Positions 8,869 through 18,450 of a stretch of DNA of 43,286 nucleotides are shown piece after piece. The number at the start of each line of letters is the position of its first letter. Position 1 is the stretch's first letter. The notes under the pieces are model-generated. The model was not told where the DNA came from and made no database searches. It saw only the letters and a list, made by a program, of their open reading frames with translations. A program made the translations under genes and the position numbers. The stretch covers positions 1-43,286 of the IMG/VR virus record IMGVR_UViG_3300036982_000428; one strand, written 5' to 3'. The DNA is from a virus. Lineage: Duplodnaviria; Caudoviricetes.

Positions 8869-9852
8869 ATGCTTACTAATTCTCCATCTTGTTTAGATAA
8901 CTATATTGTTTTTTATAATGGCTGTTACGGTGATGATACTCCGGTACCAACATCCGGATATTACATTGAAAATTTAGAGGGATTGACCATTGAGAATGTA
9001 GCAATGATCAGTCCTGAATTGCTTATATCTGCAACACAGACAATTAAAGAAAAGATGTTGTTTGCTGCAAGTATTGTAGAAAACAGATTAAAGGCTATTC
9101 TAAACAGCAGAGGGATTAAGCTCAACACATTAGGTAAATTATATAGTGCTTGTGCTGTTACAAACGTAGCTGATTTGCCTGCTCCTTTTGATCGTGGTAT
9201 AAGAATATCTAAGAAGTGGTTAAATAGTCCACAGAGCAGAATTTTTATTGATGCTGTACGTTTTAAAAGTAAGACATCCGGACCATCTGTAATAAAAGTA
9301 AAAGATTTATTAGGTAATGTCTTGTGGCAACAGAATACAGTTTTGATTGCAGAAACTGAACATACTGTATTTATAAAAAAACATTTTAATCCGGATATTA
9401 TCCTGGTTACAATTGATACTACATCAATACAGCCATACATCTATACATGTGATAAAACAACTAACTGCACTCCATGTGATGCAAATATAAATTTGGCTAT
9501 TGATGGATGGAATGGTACCGGTGTTGGTCCTAATGGATATGTTTCTGTTTGTGTTAGACTTGATTGTACTGATAAGGATATTATATGTCAGTTTTTGGAC
9601 AGACTTGGATTAGCTATCTTGTATCAGACTGGAGCACAGATTGCTAAAGAATGGTTAGCACCAAACAATAGATTGAACATTATTAAAACACATGGTCTTG
9701 AATGGGCATCACAGATGGCTACAATGTGGGAAAGTTTATCTAATGAGTATTTGAATAATGAGATTGACAATATAATTCAGATTCTTGAAACAGATAAGTT
9801 CTGTTACAGATGTGAAACAAGATTGAGAATGTATGCAATGTTACCTGGATAA
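8869..9852 (+). CDS. Putative head-tail adaptor / head completion protein, Cys-rich
   Basis: 327 aa; position after capsid gene. Confidence 0.5.
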   Translation: MLTNSPSCLDNYIVFYNGCYGDDTPVPTSGYYIENLEGLTIENVAMISPELLISATQTIKEKMLFAASIVENRLKAILNSRGIKLNTLGKLYSACAVTNVADLPAPFDRGIRISKKWLNSPQSRIFIDAVRFKSKTSGPSVIKVKDLLGNVLWQQNTVLIAETEHTVFIKKHFNPDIILVTIDTTSIQPYIYTCDKTTNCTPCDANINLAIDGWNGTGVGPNGYVSVCVRLDCTDKDIICQFLDRLGLAILYQTGAQIAKEWLAPNNRLNIIKTHGLEWASQMATMWESLSNEYLNNEIDNIIQILETDKFCYRCETRLRMYAMLPG

Positions 9853-9854
9853 TA

Positions 9855-10436
9855 ATGGCATTAGAAAGTATTGCAGAAAGATTATTAGCTTTAAAAACCA
9901 TAGCAGGTGATACTAATACTCAAAAACGTATTAGCCAGGCTGCTGCATTTTCTGTAATAGCTGAATATAAAACAAGAATATTTGTTGATGGATTAGATAA
10001 GGATTTACAGCCAATAGGACAATATAGTTTTAGTAGTTTTTATATCAATCCGAACAGTCCACAATTATTTGGTGTTAGTTCTGCTGCAATAAAGCCTGCA
10101 GGTAAGTATGGAGATACAAAATTTAAAAATGGAAATCCACATAAGACAAAATACTTAGCTGATGGATATTCTGAATTAAGAAACTTGACTGGTAGACAGA
10201 ATGCTTTTGTTGATCTAAACTTTTCCGGTAGTTTGTTTAATTCGGTTAAGGTAATTGAAGAGGGTAATAATAGTGTTGTAGCTTATACAGTTGCATCAGA
10301 AGCAGAAAAGATGGTATGGAATGAAATCAGATTTGGCAAAGATATTTCTACTGTATCAGACAATGAGCAAAAGATAGGAACAGAAGCAGCGCAATTGGAA
10401 TTTTTAGCAATTTTAGAAGAATTTGACTTACAATGA
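9855..10436 (+). CDS. Putative neck / tail completion protein
   Basis: VDLNFSGSLFNS motif resembling virion morphogenesis proteins; position. Confidence 0.5.
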   Translation: MALESIAERLLALKTIAGDTNTQKRISQAAAFSVIAEYKTRIFVDGLDKDLQPIGQYSFSSFYINPNSPQLFGVSSAAIKPAGKYGDTKFKNGNPHKTKYLADGYSELRNLTGRQNAFVDLNFSGSLFNSVKVIEEGNNSVVAYTVASEAEKMVWNEIRFGKDISTVSDNEQKIGTEAAQLEFLAILEEFDLQ

Positions 10437-11008
10437 TTATAGCACAAACAATAATAGATTATCTTATAAAGAGCATTGAAACTGAAATGAATGCTGTTAC
10501 CGGTGCAAATGTTACCGGTAAAGGTATTGCTATTAAGGATGTTTTAGGTCAGGTTGTGAGTTTAGAAACATCAGGTTCAGGTGAAAGACAATATTTAGGT
10601 CTTAATGATACGCTAAGAACATATTTCTATATCAGATTGAATGGCAACTATACAGAAACAAGAAAAGCAGCAAATGTAAAACGTGGTTCATGTGGCTTGG
10701 AATCGGAAGTAAGAGTTCCGTTAAAAGCAGTTATGCAGCATCCATGTGCAGATCCAAGAATGTTATTAGATGCTTTCAAATATGGTCTATTTAATACTAA
10801 TTTTAAAGGTGTTATTTGGGGTTATGATATAGTAAATATTAGAATATTCCCTGGAATAAGTTCTGTTGTATCATGGGAGATTTATGCTTTAGAAACAGGC
10901 AAAGATGCAAAGACAATGAATAGTCTGATGCAGATTGTTAGCCATGACTTTGAACTTAGATTTGATTTAACTTATTCTGATAAATGTAAAAAATTTAAAA
11001 TCTGCTAA
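10433..11008 (+). CDS. Putative tail terminator-like structural protein
   Basis: Position and size; ATGA overlap. Confidence 0.4.
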   Translation: MIIAQTIIDYLIKSIETEMNAVTGANVTGKGIAIKDVLGQVVSLETSGSGERQYLGLNDTLRTYFYIRLNGNYTETRKAANVKRGSCGLESEVRVPLKAVMQHPCADPRMLLDAFKYGLFNTNFKGVIWGYDIVNIRIFPGISSVVSWEIYALETGKDAKTMNSLMQIVSHDFELRFDLTYSDKCKKFKIC

Positions 11009-11009
11009 T

Positions 11010-11348
11010 ATGAATTGCTGTCCTTGCTGTGAAAAGACTTTATACTTAGGCTGTTATAATCCATGTGGAATGGTCATAGATTTTGATATGATTGTTACAA
11101 TGGGCATGGCAGGTAACTGGACATTGCAATTAACTTTTGGCAGACAGATACAGAATTTTGTTGTAAGTTTGGCAGTTGGTGATGATATAAAATTTAACCT
11201 GTCAAATCTGAATGAATATTACACTTATTCTTTAACTTTGCGTGACCCTAATGGTGATATAGTCTTAGTTGAAGTAAACGGTGAAGAATATGACTGCTTT
11301 GAGTTTAAAACACAGATTGGTGCTATAAATGGAATTGTTATATCTTAA
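11010..11348 (+). CDS. Structural protein, N-terminal MNCCPCC
   Basis: ORF in the structural operon. Confidence 0.6.
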   Translation: MNCCPCCEKTLYLGCYNPCGMVIDFDMIVTMGMAGNWTLQLTFGRQIQNFVVSLAVGDDIKFNLSNLNEYYTYSLTLRDPNGDIVLVEVNGEEYDCFEFKTQIGAINGIVIS

Positions 11349-11359
11349 AATAATAAATT

Positions 11360-12613
11360 ATGTACGCTTCTTTTAAATTTCCAATAAAAATCGTTAAACA
11401 GACAAACGGTAACGTTTTTATTTTTAATGCTAACACAGGTGATTATGTAAAATCTTTAACTGCAGAATATGTTGAACTAATCTGTAATGATAACGGAATA
11501 GTTAAATTAGTACAGGAAGCAGGTGCAGAATATTTTGATCCTGCATTAGTTATAAGTACACAAGTTGAACCTGCTGCTCCTATTGCATTTACTGGTACAT
11601 GTTTAGATCTTAGTCAGCTTTTAGCTACTGATTTTTTTTTTGAATTAGCCGGTTCAGGTGGTTGTTGTGATTTAGATGCTACACTAACAGTTGGTAATAG
11701 TGCAGGTGCTAATAATATTGACCTAAATAATAATGATTTATTGAATGTAGATAAAGCTACATTTAACTTAGGTACTTCTGATACTGCAGGTGTTGGTCAA
11801 ATGGCGTGGAATAATACCGATGGTACAATTGACCTTGGTATGCAAGGCGGTTTAAAAAATAAATTAGGACATCAACTTTTTGTTAAGGCAAGAAATAACA
11901 GCGGTTCTTTAATTACTAAGGGAAGTGTTGTTAAGGTAGTTGGTGTTGCAGGTGGTTTTGTAGGTATAAATTTAGCACAAGCAAATAGTGTAGCAAATAG
12001 TGAAACTGCATTTGGTATTGTAGCTGAAGATATTGCAGATGCTTCTAATGGTTTTGTAGGCATAAACGGAATTATTCATGGTTTAAATACTAATGCCTTT
12101 ACAGAGGGCGATATTTTATATTTAAGTACAGCTACACCAGGCGCAATAACAAATGTTAAGCCTGCCACACCAAATTACATTGTAGTAATTGGCTATGTAG
12201 CTAAAAAAAGCGCAACTGATGGACATATCTTATTGCATGTTCAAAATGATACAAGACAAGCTGTAGAAATTCAGTTAGCCGCAAGCGATGAAACTACAGC
12301 ACTAACAACAGGAACGGCAAAGGTTACATTTAGAATGCCTCATGCTATGACCTTAACGGCTGTTCGTGCTTCGCTTACAACTGCTCAGGCTTCAGGTTCA
12401 ATATTTACGGTTGACATAAATCAAAGCGGTTCATCTGTTTTAGGTACTAAGCTGACCATTGACAATACAGAAAAAACAAGTACAACGGCTGCAACGGCTG
12501 AAACTATTACGACATCGGCACTTACTGATGATGCAGAAATAACAATAGACATTGACCAAATCGGGAATGGTACTGCAACAGGTTTAAAAATCACTTTAAT
12601 CGGAACAAGATGA
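11360..12613 (+). CDS. Modular fibre/decoration protein (N-terminal anchor, capsid-cement-like beta domain, C-terminal domain)
   Basis: NNSGSLITKGSVV...FGIVAEDIA...GIIHGLNT...GDILYLS.TPG pattern; Gly/Thr-rich. Confidence 0.6.
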   Translation: MYASFKFPIKIVKQTNGNVFIFNANTGDYVKSLTAEYVELICNDNGIVKLVQEAGAEYFDPALVISTQVEPAAPIAFTGTCLDLSQLLATDFFFELAGSGGCCDLDATLTVGNSAGANNIDLNNNDLLNVDKATFNLGTSDTAGVGQMAWNNTDGTIDLGMQGGLKNKLGHQLFVKARNNSGSLITKGSVVKVVGVAGGFVGINLAQANSVANSETAFGIVAEDIADASNGFVGINGIIHGLNTNAFTEGDILYLSTATPGAITNVKPATPNYIVVIGYVAKKSATDGHILLHVQNDTRQAVEIQLAASDETTALTTGTAKVTFRMPHAMTLTAVRASLTTAQASGSIFTVDINQSGSSVLGTKLTIDNTEKTSTTAATAETITTSALTDDAEITIDIDQIGNGTATGLKITLIGTR

Positions 12614-13365
12614 TAATAAATCCTTATGTTTATGCAGGTTTAGATCCTGATGCATTAGCATTTTTGACTGCTGCAAGTATAACAGATTCTACTATTACAT
12701 CTGCTATAAATACACTTACATTAAGTCTAAAAGCTAATAATTTGTGGACCAAATCTTTTGCTATATATCCATTGGTAGGTGGTACTGCTTCTACTCACAA
12801 ATGGAACTTGAAAGATCCACAAGATACAGATGCTGCATTTAGATTAGTTTTTAATGGTGGATGGACACATACAAGTAATGGTATAACAGGAAATGCAGTT
12901 AATGCTTTTGCTAATACTTTTTTAAATGCTTCTATTACTATTTTGAATCAAGGTTCAATTGGTATTTATAGCAGAACAAATATCGGTGAAACAGGTTATG
13001 ATTTCACAAATATAGTAGGTGGTACAGAACAATCTGTTATATCAAGATGGTCAACTAACTTAATGTATGTAAATTCAGGTTCTGCTACTTATCCAAATAC
13101 AGCTAATACTGATTCAAGAGGGTTATTTTCTATGACTTATAATAGCAGAGTAACCGGTTATAAAAATACATCATCTGTTATTACAGAATTAAAAGCATCA
13201 TCAGGAGCAAATAATACTTTTAAGATTGGTGGTACTGGTTTCAGTAATTATTCATCTAAAAATTATGCTTTTGCTTATATTGCAGATTTATTTGATGCAA
13301 CAGAAATAATAAATATTTATAATATTATCCAAACTTTCCAAACAACTTTATCCAGGAACGTATGA
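12610..13365 (+). CDS. Fibre-associated protein (lectin/beta-sandwich-like)
   Basis: MIINPY...DPDALAFLTAASI...AIYPLVGGTAS.HKWNLKDP...FQTTLSRNV pattern recalled from Bacteroidota phages. Confidence 0.55.
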   Translation: MIINPYVYAGLDPDALAFLTAASITDSTITSAINTLTLSLKANNLWTKSFAIYPLVGGTASTHKWNLKDPQDTDAAFRLVFNGGWTHTSNGITGNAVNAFANTFLNASITILNQGSIGIYSRTNIGETGYDFTNIVGGTEQSVISRWSTNLMYVNSGSATYPNTANTDSRGLFSMTYNSRVTGYKNTSSVITELKASSGANNTFKIGGTGFSNYSSKNYAFAYIADLFDATEIINIYNIIQTFQTTLSRNV

Positions 13366-13574
13366 TTTTAGTAGGATTATTAACTTTAGATCAGAAAAAT
13401 GATATTTTTGAAATGCTATTTGATGAAGATAGTTTTTTCAATCCAGTTCAAGATGCTGATGATAATTGGATAATTTCAACACAAGAAATTGAATTTTGTA
13501 CTGTTGATCAGTTTCAATGGGTAAAACAATTACCTTTGATTGAATTTAAACCTAAAGATGTTTCTTTAACATGA
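13362..13574 (+). CDS. Small fibre-associated hypothetical protein
   Basis: FNPVQDADDNWIIS motif; overlapping operon arrangement. Confidence 0.6.
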   Translation: MILVGLLTLDQKNDIFEMLFDEDSFFNPVQDADDNWIISTQEIEFCTVDQFQWVKQLPLIEFKPKDVSLT

Positions 13575-14056
13575 TGATAATTATTTATATTTTTGTTGTT
13601 GCCTGTTGTATAAACTTTCTACATTACTGTATTGGTTCTCCTATCCAGGGTGAATTTTTTACTGGTAGAATATTGTCAGTTTATGGAAGATGGATTTCAG
13701 AAAAATATAATGTCTTTGAAGAAAAAGAAAAGAAACGTGTTTATAGCGTTTTTGATGCGTGGAAACAAGGAATGGACATAAAACTACAGAATGACTTAAA
13801 AAGTGCTGCTAAAACTGAAACAGAGGGTATTTACAAGCATTTTATTGACAAAGTAGATAAAGAATATAAAAGAATAGAACATAAGATGAAACCTAATCCA
13901 TTTTCAATGCTCGGTGCATGTCCAATTTGTTTTGGTACCTGGATTGGTTTATTTTTATGGACAGCAATATGTCTATTGAATCCGCTTCCATTATGGTGGG
14001 TTTTGATAGGTTCCCCCACATCAGTTGTTTTTTCACGTTATATCAAAATCAAATGA
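13571..14056 (+). CDS. Membrane protein with CxxC (DUF1360-like)
   Basis: TM segments; LGACPICFGTWIG. Confidence 0.55.
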   Translation: MMIIIYIFVVACCINFLHYCIGSPIQGEFFTGRILSVYGRWISEKYNVFEEKEKKRVYSVFDAWKQGMDIKLQNDLKSAAKTETEGIYKHFIDKVDKEYKRIEHKMKPNPFSMLGACPICFGTWIGLFLWTAICLLNPLPLWWVLIGSPTSVVFSRYIKIK

Positions 14057-14496
14057 AACACATTTTATTATTTACCGGAATTGGATTGACTACAGAATTA
14101 TGTAAGCAGGTTGATATTATGAAACCTTTGATTGCAGGTTTATTTATTCTGTTAGCTTTAGATTTGATTACAGGAATTAGAAAAGCAGCATTAAATAAAC
14201 AAGCTATAACATCAGGTGGATTAAGAAAATCAATCAGCAAATTCTTAGAATATTCTATTGCCATACTTGCTTCACAAGTGTTTACATTTGTTTTTAAATT
14301 GGATATAACTTTATCTTATTATGTAGCTTTATTTATTGCTACAATCGAATTAAAAAGCATATTTGAAAATATATCTGAAACAACAGGTGTTGATTTATGG
14401 AAAGGAATAAGAAAACTGATTCCATCCTTATCACAACTGGAAGAAGAAAAGAAGAAGAAAAAAGAATCTGATAATAAACCTGAAAGCAATGGCTGA
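14053..14496 (+). CDS. Holin (phage holin 4_1-like)
   Basis: LALDLITGIRKA...ITSGGLRKSISK...IELKSIFEN; ATGA overlap supports start 14053 rather than 13918. Confidence 0.85.
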   Translation: MKHILLFTGIGLTTELCKQVDIMKPLIAGLFILLALDLITGIRKAALNKQAITSGGLRKSISKFLEYSIAILASQVFTFVFKLDITLSYYVALFIATIELKSIFENISETTGVDLWKGIRKLIPSLSQLEEEKKKKKESDNKPESNG

Positions 14497-14800
14497 TAGT
14501 TACACAGATTATCCACAAGCAGCAAGAGATAATGCTAAAGCTGCACTAAGATATGCAGAAGAATATGGATGGGGTACTTGCGGAACTCCTGTGGGCAAAA
14601 AACGTGCAAACGATTTGTCAGATGGTAGACCTTTAAGCAGAGAAACCATACAAAGGATGGCACTCTTTGAAAGACATAGACAAAATTCAACAAGAAGATT
14701 AGGTGAGGGTTGTGGTAGATTGATGTGGTTAGCCTGGGGAGGTGATGAAGGTATTGCCTGGGCGCAACGTAAAATAGAACAGTTAGACAAAGAAATATAA
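14489..14800 (+). CDS. Conserved phage hypothetical protein
   Basis: SYTDYPQAA...CGTPVGK.RA...GCGRLMWLAWGGD motif. Confidence 0.75.
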   Translation: MADSYTDYPQAARDNAKAALRYAEEYGWGTCGTPVGKKRANDLSDGRPLSRETIQRMALFERHRQNSTRRLGEGCGRLMWLAWGGDEGIAWAQRKIEQLDKEI

Positions 14801-14833
14801 ATAATCTCTGTTTCTTGCGTTCCTTTGTCTGCG

Positions 14834-14865
14834 ACAGGGCTGATGTATTTCAGTCCTGTTTTTTT
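14834..14865 (+). terminator. Terminator ending the + strand structural/lysis block
   Basis: ACAGGGCTGA/TCAGTCCTGT stem followed by a T-run. Confidence 0.75.
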
Positions 14866-15251
14866 ATTAGTAGTTGTGACTTATCACTAAATCTTATTAC
14901 GGTTGCTATTTCATAGATTAAGTGAGATTCAAAATAAGTTTTAGCTGCCATCTGTGTATTGTTTTCTTTATCATAAATAATCGCTTCATACGGATTAAAA
15001 TACACAAGTGAACAATGACTATGACTAAACATAAATAATGGCAGCAGAACGTTATTTTGTGGCAATACAGAGCATCTATTGAGGTCATGCCATGTTAAAT
15101 GTTTATATCCTACCAAAACCGGATAGACTGTGTATTCTTCCGGTAACATTCGCTGAATATCACCCATTGTGTAACCTGTTTCATTATCTTGAAACTGATT
15201 ATAATCATTATCCGGAAATAATGTCTGTACTGATTTAACTACACAATTCAT
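14850..15251 (-). CDS. Hypothetical protein (possible Cys-peptidase-like fold)
   Basis: N-terminal NCVV and later HC; weak. Confidence 0.55.
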   Translation of the reverse strand: MNCVVKSVQTLFPDNDYNQFQDNETGYTMGDIQRMLPEEYTVYPVLVGYKHLTWHDLNRCSVLPQNNVLLPLFMFSHSHCSLVYFNPYEAIIYDKENNTQMAAKTYFESHLIYEIATVIRFSDKSQLLIKKQD

Positions 15252-15874
15252 ATTTCTATTAGTGTAAAGTTTGTAAGCTGATTAGCTTTAAATATTTTAA
15301 TCGCTTCAAACCATCTTGAATCAAGTACTATTAAACATCCTGCAGACCAGTCATCTACAATAGAACCAATTCCACCTCTGTGAAAGTTTATTCCAAATAA
15401 TCCTTTAGTCTTAATGTTTTTATCAATAGTAGTATTTTTGTTGCCATCTCTATAAATTTCAATTACTCCTGATTGGTAGAAGTAAGGAGCACCTAACCAA
15501 AGACTTGACCAGGTACCGGATGTGATAAATTTATGTGAGTTTAGAACCTGTTGTTCTGTTGCTACTGCAGTTCCAGTTATTCCACCTGATGTGATAGGAT
15601 TATAAACATAGAAATTACCTGCTTTAGTGCTACATGGTAAAATCATATCAGCAATGGTACGATTAAAACGTACACATACATCAGAAAATTTATTGTCAAA
15701 GTTCTGTGTAAGTCTTAACCAAACAAATTCTGTTTGTGGTTGCTGCCATTTACGGTTACTGATTAGATCGGTAATAAATTGTTTTGTAGCATTAAGTGTT
15801 AATGGTCCTACAATGCCATCTACATTACCGGAATAATATCCTTTATCTTTTAGAATTGTTTGCAAGTTTTTCAT
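15248..15874 (-). CDS. Endolysin-like protein: PG-binding domain plus L,D-transpeptidase-like catalytic domain
   Basis: LQTILKDKGYYSGNVDGIVGPLT (PG_binding_1); GINFHR...WSAGCLIV His/Cys motif. Confidence 0.75.
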   Translation of the reverse strand: MKNLQTILKDKGYYSGNVDGIVGPLTLNATKQFITDLISNRKWQQPQTEFVWLRLTQNFDNKFSDVCVRFNRTIADMILPCSTKAGNFYVYNPITSGGITGTAVATEQQVLNSHKFITSGTWSSLWLGAPYFYQSGVIEIYRDGNKNTTIDKNIKTKGLFGINFHRGGIGSIVDDWSAGCLIVLDSRWFEAIKIFKANQLTNFTLIEI

Positions 15875-16281
15875 ATCGTATCAAATCTATCTAATTTGTT
15901 AGTAACTATTATTTCACCAAGAATTTTCCAATAATCTGAATGTGCTGCATAACCTCTGCAATTAGCTATCCAATGCTTCCAATTCTTTCCTACCATAGAT
16001 TTATAGTGATAAGCTAAGAATTTAGCATGATCAACATAAGAATCATAAACTGATAAATATTTTCTGAATGCTACATCTTTATTTACCCGGTAGACATCAC
16101 CTTTCCAATTAGAGAATGCCATTATTCCAAAGCAATTATTAGATTTCTTTGCAAGATTAGAATAACCATATCCGGATTCTAACATTGCCTGTGCTAACTG
16201 AATTGAAGCAGGTATTTTGTATTCCTGCTGACAATTGAAAGCAAATACATAATGAAAGTAAATTATAATTGTTTTAAGCAT
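15871..16281 (-). CDS. GH73 glucosaminidase (short)
   Basis: IPASIQLAQAMLESGYG...NNCFGI...FRKY.S..DS..DH...GYA. Confidence 0.85.
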   Translation of the reverse strand: MLKTIIIYFHYVFAFNCQQEYKIPASIQLAQAMLESGYGYSNLAKKSNNCFGIMAFSNWKGDVYRVNKDVAFRKYLSVYDSYVDHAKFLAYHYKSMVGKNWKHWIANCRGYAAHSDYWKILGEIIVTNKLDRFDTI

Positions 16282-16465
16282 CTTGATATGTTTTTACAAA
16301 GTCATCAAAATTTTTAAATGTCTTATAAGACTTGTAAAGTATTTTTTGTATCAGAGCATCATGCTGATGAAGATAAACATATTTTATTTTATCTATTGTA
16401 ATACTACCATACAGATTAGCAACTATTGAATAATTAGTGTTTTTAACGTTCAGTATTATTTTCAT
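16274..16465 (-). CDS. Hypothetical protein
   Basis: Likely start at ATG 16465 inside the tracked ORF. Confidence 0.5.
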   Translation of the reverse strand: MKIILNVKNTNYSIVANLYGSITIDKIKYVYLHQHDALIQKILYKSYKTFKNFDDFVKTYQDA

Positions 16466-16745
16466 CTTTGATAAATATTCCATTAACTGTTTTACCAGTT
16501 CTGTTTTTAATTGTTTCATAAGCTGATTCAAGACATTTATCAGAATCAAGATTATATAATTCAGATAAGATTATCAAAACTACCTGGACATCTCCAATGC
16601 TGTCTATAATCTGAACAATGTCATTTTTAGCAATTCCTTGTGCTAATTCTCCTACTTCTTCAATCAGCTTTATAAACTGCTTCTGTCTATTTAATGGATC
16701 TAATAGGTTCCGCTGCTTCGCCCAATTCAAAATCTGTTCTTTCAT
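16443..16745 (-). CDS. MazG-like all-alpha NTP pyrophosphatase
   Basis: KLIEEVGELA...DSIGDVQVVL...AYETIKNRTG. Confidence 0.85.
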   Translation of the reverse strand: MKEQILNWAKQRNLLDPLNRQKQFIKLIEEVGELAQGIAKNDIVQIIDSIGDVQVVLIILSELYNLDSDKCLESAYETIKNRTGKTVNGIFIKDENNTER

Positions 16746-16899
16746 AACTACTAAATATTGGTATTACTGAATAAAATTTTTTATCATTTGGAATATTCTT
16801 TCTTGCTTCGGTTGATGTATCATACATTGCTAATAACATAAGATTGCATGTTTCAGAATCAACTACAAATAATCCATATTTTATCATTGGTTGTTCCAT
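16687..16899 (-). CDS. Hypothetical protein
   Basis: ORF in the - strand operon. Confidence 0.5.
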   Translation of the reverse strand: MEQPMIKYGLFVVDSETCNLMLLAMYDTSTEARKNIPNDKKFYSVIPIFSSYERTDFELGEAAEPIRSIK

Positions 16900-17352
16900 C
16901 TACATTTTGTCATAATAGCATTTGTTAAATAAAAACATCATTTGCTGATATAAATGCTCATTTTCATCAGGACTTATCAAATTATATTTTATAATTTCTC
17001 CATTTTCAAGAAGATAATTATGAGCAATTGATTCTTCTTCTGACCAAGATAACAAAGATATTTGAACTGTATTATGTTTTACTGATAGCATCTTAAAAAC
17101 ATTCAAAGGATAACCATCATGTGTTTCAAAATATACTGTGTTATCCGCTTCTAAAATCTGATGTAGAGCATTACTTGTGCATCCCCAGTTTTTTTCTCTC
17201 CAATCAGGAATATTTTTAAGTTTAGATGGCTGATTCATGATTCTATCAAAAGCTACTTTCTTTCCATAGTTTTTGTAGTATCTAAACATACTGTGAAAAC
17301 ATTCTTCTGTCGGATTATAAATCTTCACCCTGTTTATAAACTGGTTGTCCAT
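16900..17352 (-). CDS. YubB/DUF1281-like ferredoxin-fold protein
   Basis: WREKNWGCTSNA...VYFET motif. Confidence 0.55.
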   Translation of the reverse strand: MDNQFINRVKIYNPTEECFHSMFRYYKNYGKKVAFDRIMNQPSKLKNIPDWREKNWGCTSNALHQILEADNTVYFETHDGYPLNVFKMLSVKHNTVQISLLSWSEEESIAHNYLLENGEIIKYNLISPDENEHLYQQMMFLFNKCYYDKM

Positions 17353-17557
17353 AGGTCTTAATATGTCTTTTAATATACCAAATAGCTTTCTCTAAATCTT
17401 CAATTATTTTCTGATCATCTTTCTTTCCTGCTCTTGAAATATATTTTACAGCATTGCCAAGATGGAAGTTAAGGTTCCAGGCTTCAATAACTTTAATTGC
17501 TTCGTATTGATTTTCTTCACCACCATAATGTGCCGGATGATTTACTGATTCTTTCAT
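17315..17557 (-). CDS. DUF3310 (SaV-like) protein
   Basis: VNHPAHYG...EAIKVI...GNAVKYISRAGKK...EDLEKAIWY. Confidence 0.9.
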   Translation of the reverse strand: MKESVNHPAHYGGEENQYEAIKVIEAWNLNFHLGNAVKYISRAGKKDDQKIIEDLEKAIWYIKRHIKTYGQPVYKQGEDL

Positions 17558-18195
17558 ACCTGTATCGCCTTTAAAGTATGTTCAAATGGATTATTTTCTA
17601 TTTCTGATACTAACCTTAGCATTTCAGCTGCAATCTCTCTAATCTCAAGCTGTGCATGTTCAGAATTACGAAGTTTCAGAAAGTTAGCAAAGCTACGAAT
17701 ATTAAACATAACATCAGATTGAATCTGACTATTATAGGTCTTAAAATATCTTGCTGATTCTTTTGCACGTTTTCTACCAAGAATAGGACTTAAATCTGTT
17801 AATGCTCTGTGGTATAATTCATTGGATTCTTTAGTAAATTTTTCTAATGTTTCTAACCAAGATTCTTGTGTAGCATTATCTCTAATTCCTTTCCAGTCTT
17901 CCGGTAAATAATACTTATCTTCTTTTAGTTCCTTATACCTTGCTGATTCTGCATTCAGACTGCTTATTCTGTGCTTTAGCAGGTGAATGTGTGATGCAAT
18001 ATCACAATTAACCAGGAAGTGTAACTGACCTTTCTCAAATGGGGTTTCATGACCATTAGACCACAATTCAGATATAAGTTTTGGTATTCGATTCCGTTTA
18101 TCTTCTGTCAAATCTCTACTGGTAGATGTCCAGGCAGAGCAGGCTATTATTTCATCAGATCCGTAATAGCCTAATAATGTTACTGTGTTTTTCAT
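17554..18195 (-). CDS. thyX: Flavin-dependent thymidylate synthase
   Basis: GHETPFE; HLLKHRISSLNAESARY (RHRx7S variant); FLKLRNSEHAQLEIR. Confidence 0.9.
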   Translation of the reverse strand: MKNTVTLLGYYGSDEIIACSAWTSTSRDLTEDKRNRIPKLISELWSNGHETPFEKGQLHFLVNCDIASHIHLLKHRISSLNAESARYKELKEDKYYLPEDWKGIRDNATQESWLETLEKFTKESNELYHRALTDLSPILGRKRAKESARYFKTYNSQIQSDVMFNIRSFANFLKLRNSEHAQLEIREIAAEMLRLVSEIENNPFEHTLKAIQV

Positions 18196-18446
18196 TCAAT
18201 AAGTTTATCTATGTTAATATCATATTTTTCAAGTTCATCATAAAGAGATTCAAAGACTAATTTAACTATATCGTAACTATCCAATTTAATTCCTTTTGCT
18301 TCGTTAGATTCTATTCGCCATTCAATGTTTTTTTTGGACTGATAAAAGCACCATAATGCTAAAGCCATGTCCTGTGATTTAACACATCTCGTGTGTGCTA
18401 ATTGGTCTGAAAAATCATCTAAATTAAATTCTAATATTGCTTTCAT
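18192..18446 (-). CDS. Conserved phage hypothetical protein (MKAILEFNL family)
   Basis: Recognisable N-terminus; operon overlap. Confidence 0.7.
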   Translation of the reverse strand: MKAILEFNLDDFSDQLAHTRCVKSQDMALALWCFYQSKKNIEWRIESNEAKGIKLDSYDIVKLVFESLYDELEKYDINIDKLIE

Positions 18447-18450
18447 ATCG

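Noticed and set aside
13918-14052. Long N-terminal extension of the holin in the ORF track
   Set aside because: Overlaps the upstream gene; ATGA coupling at 14053 is the more plausible start
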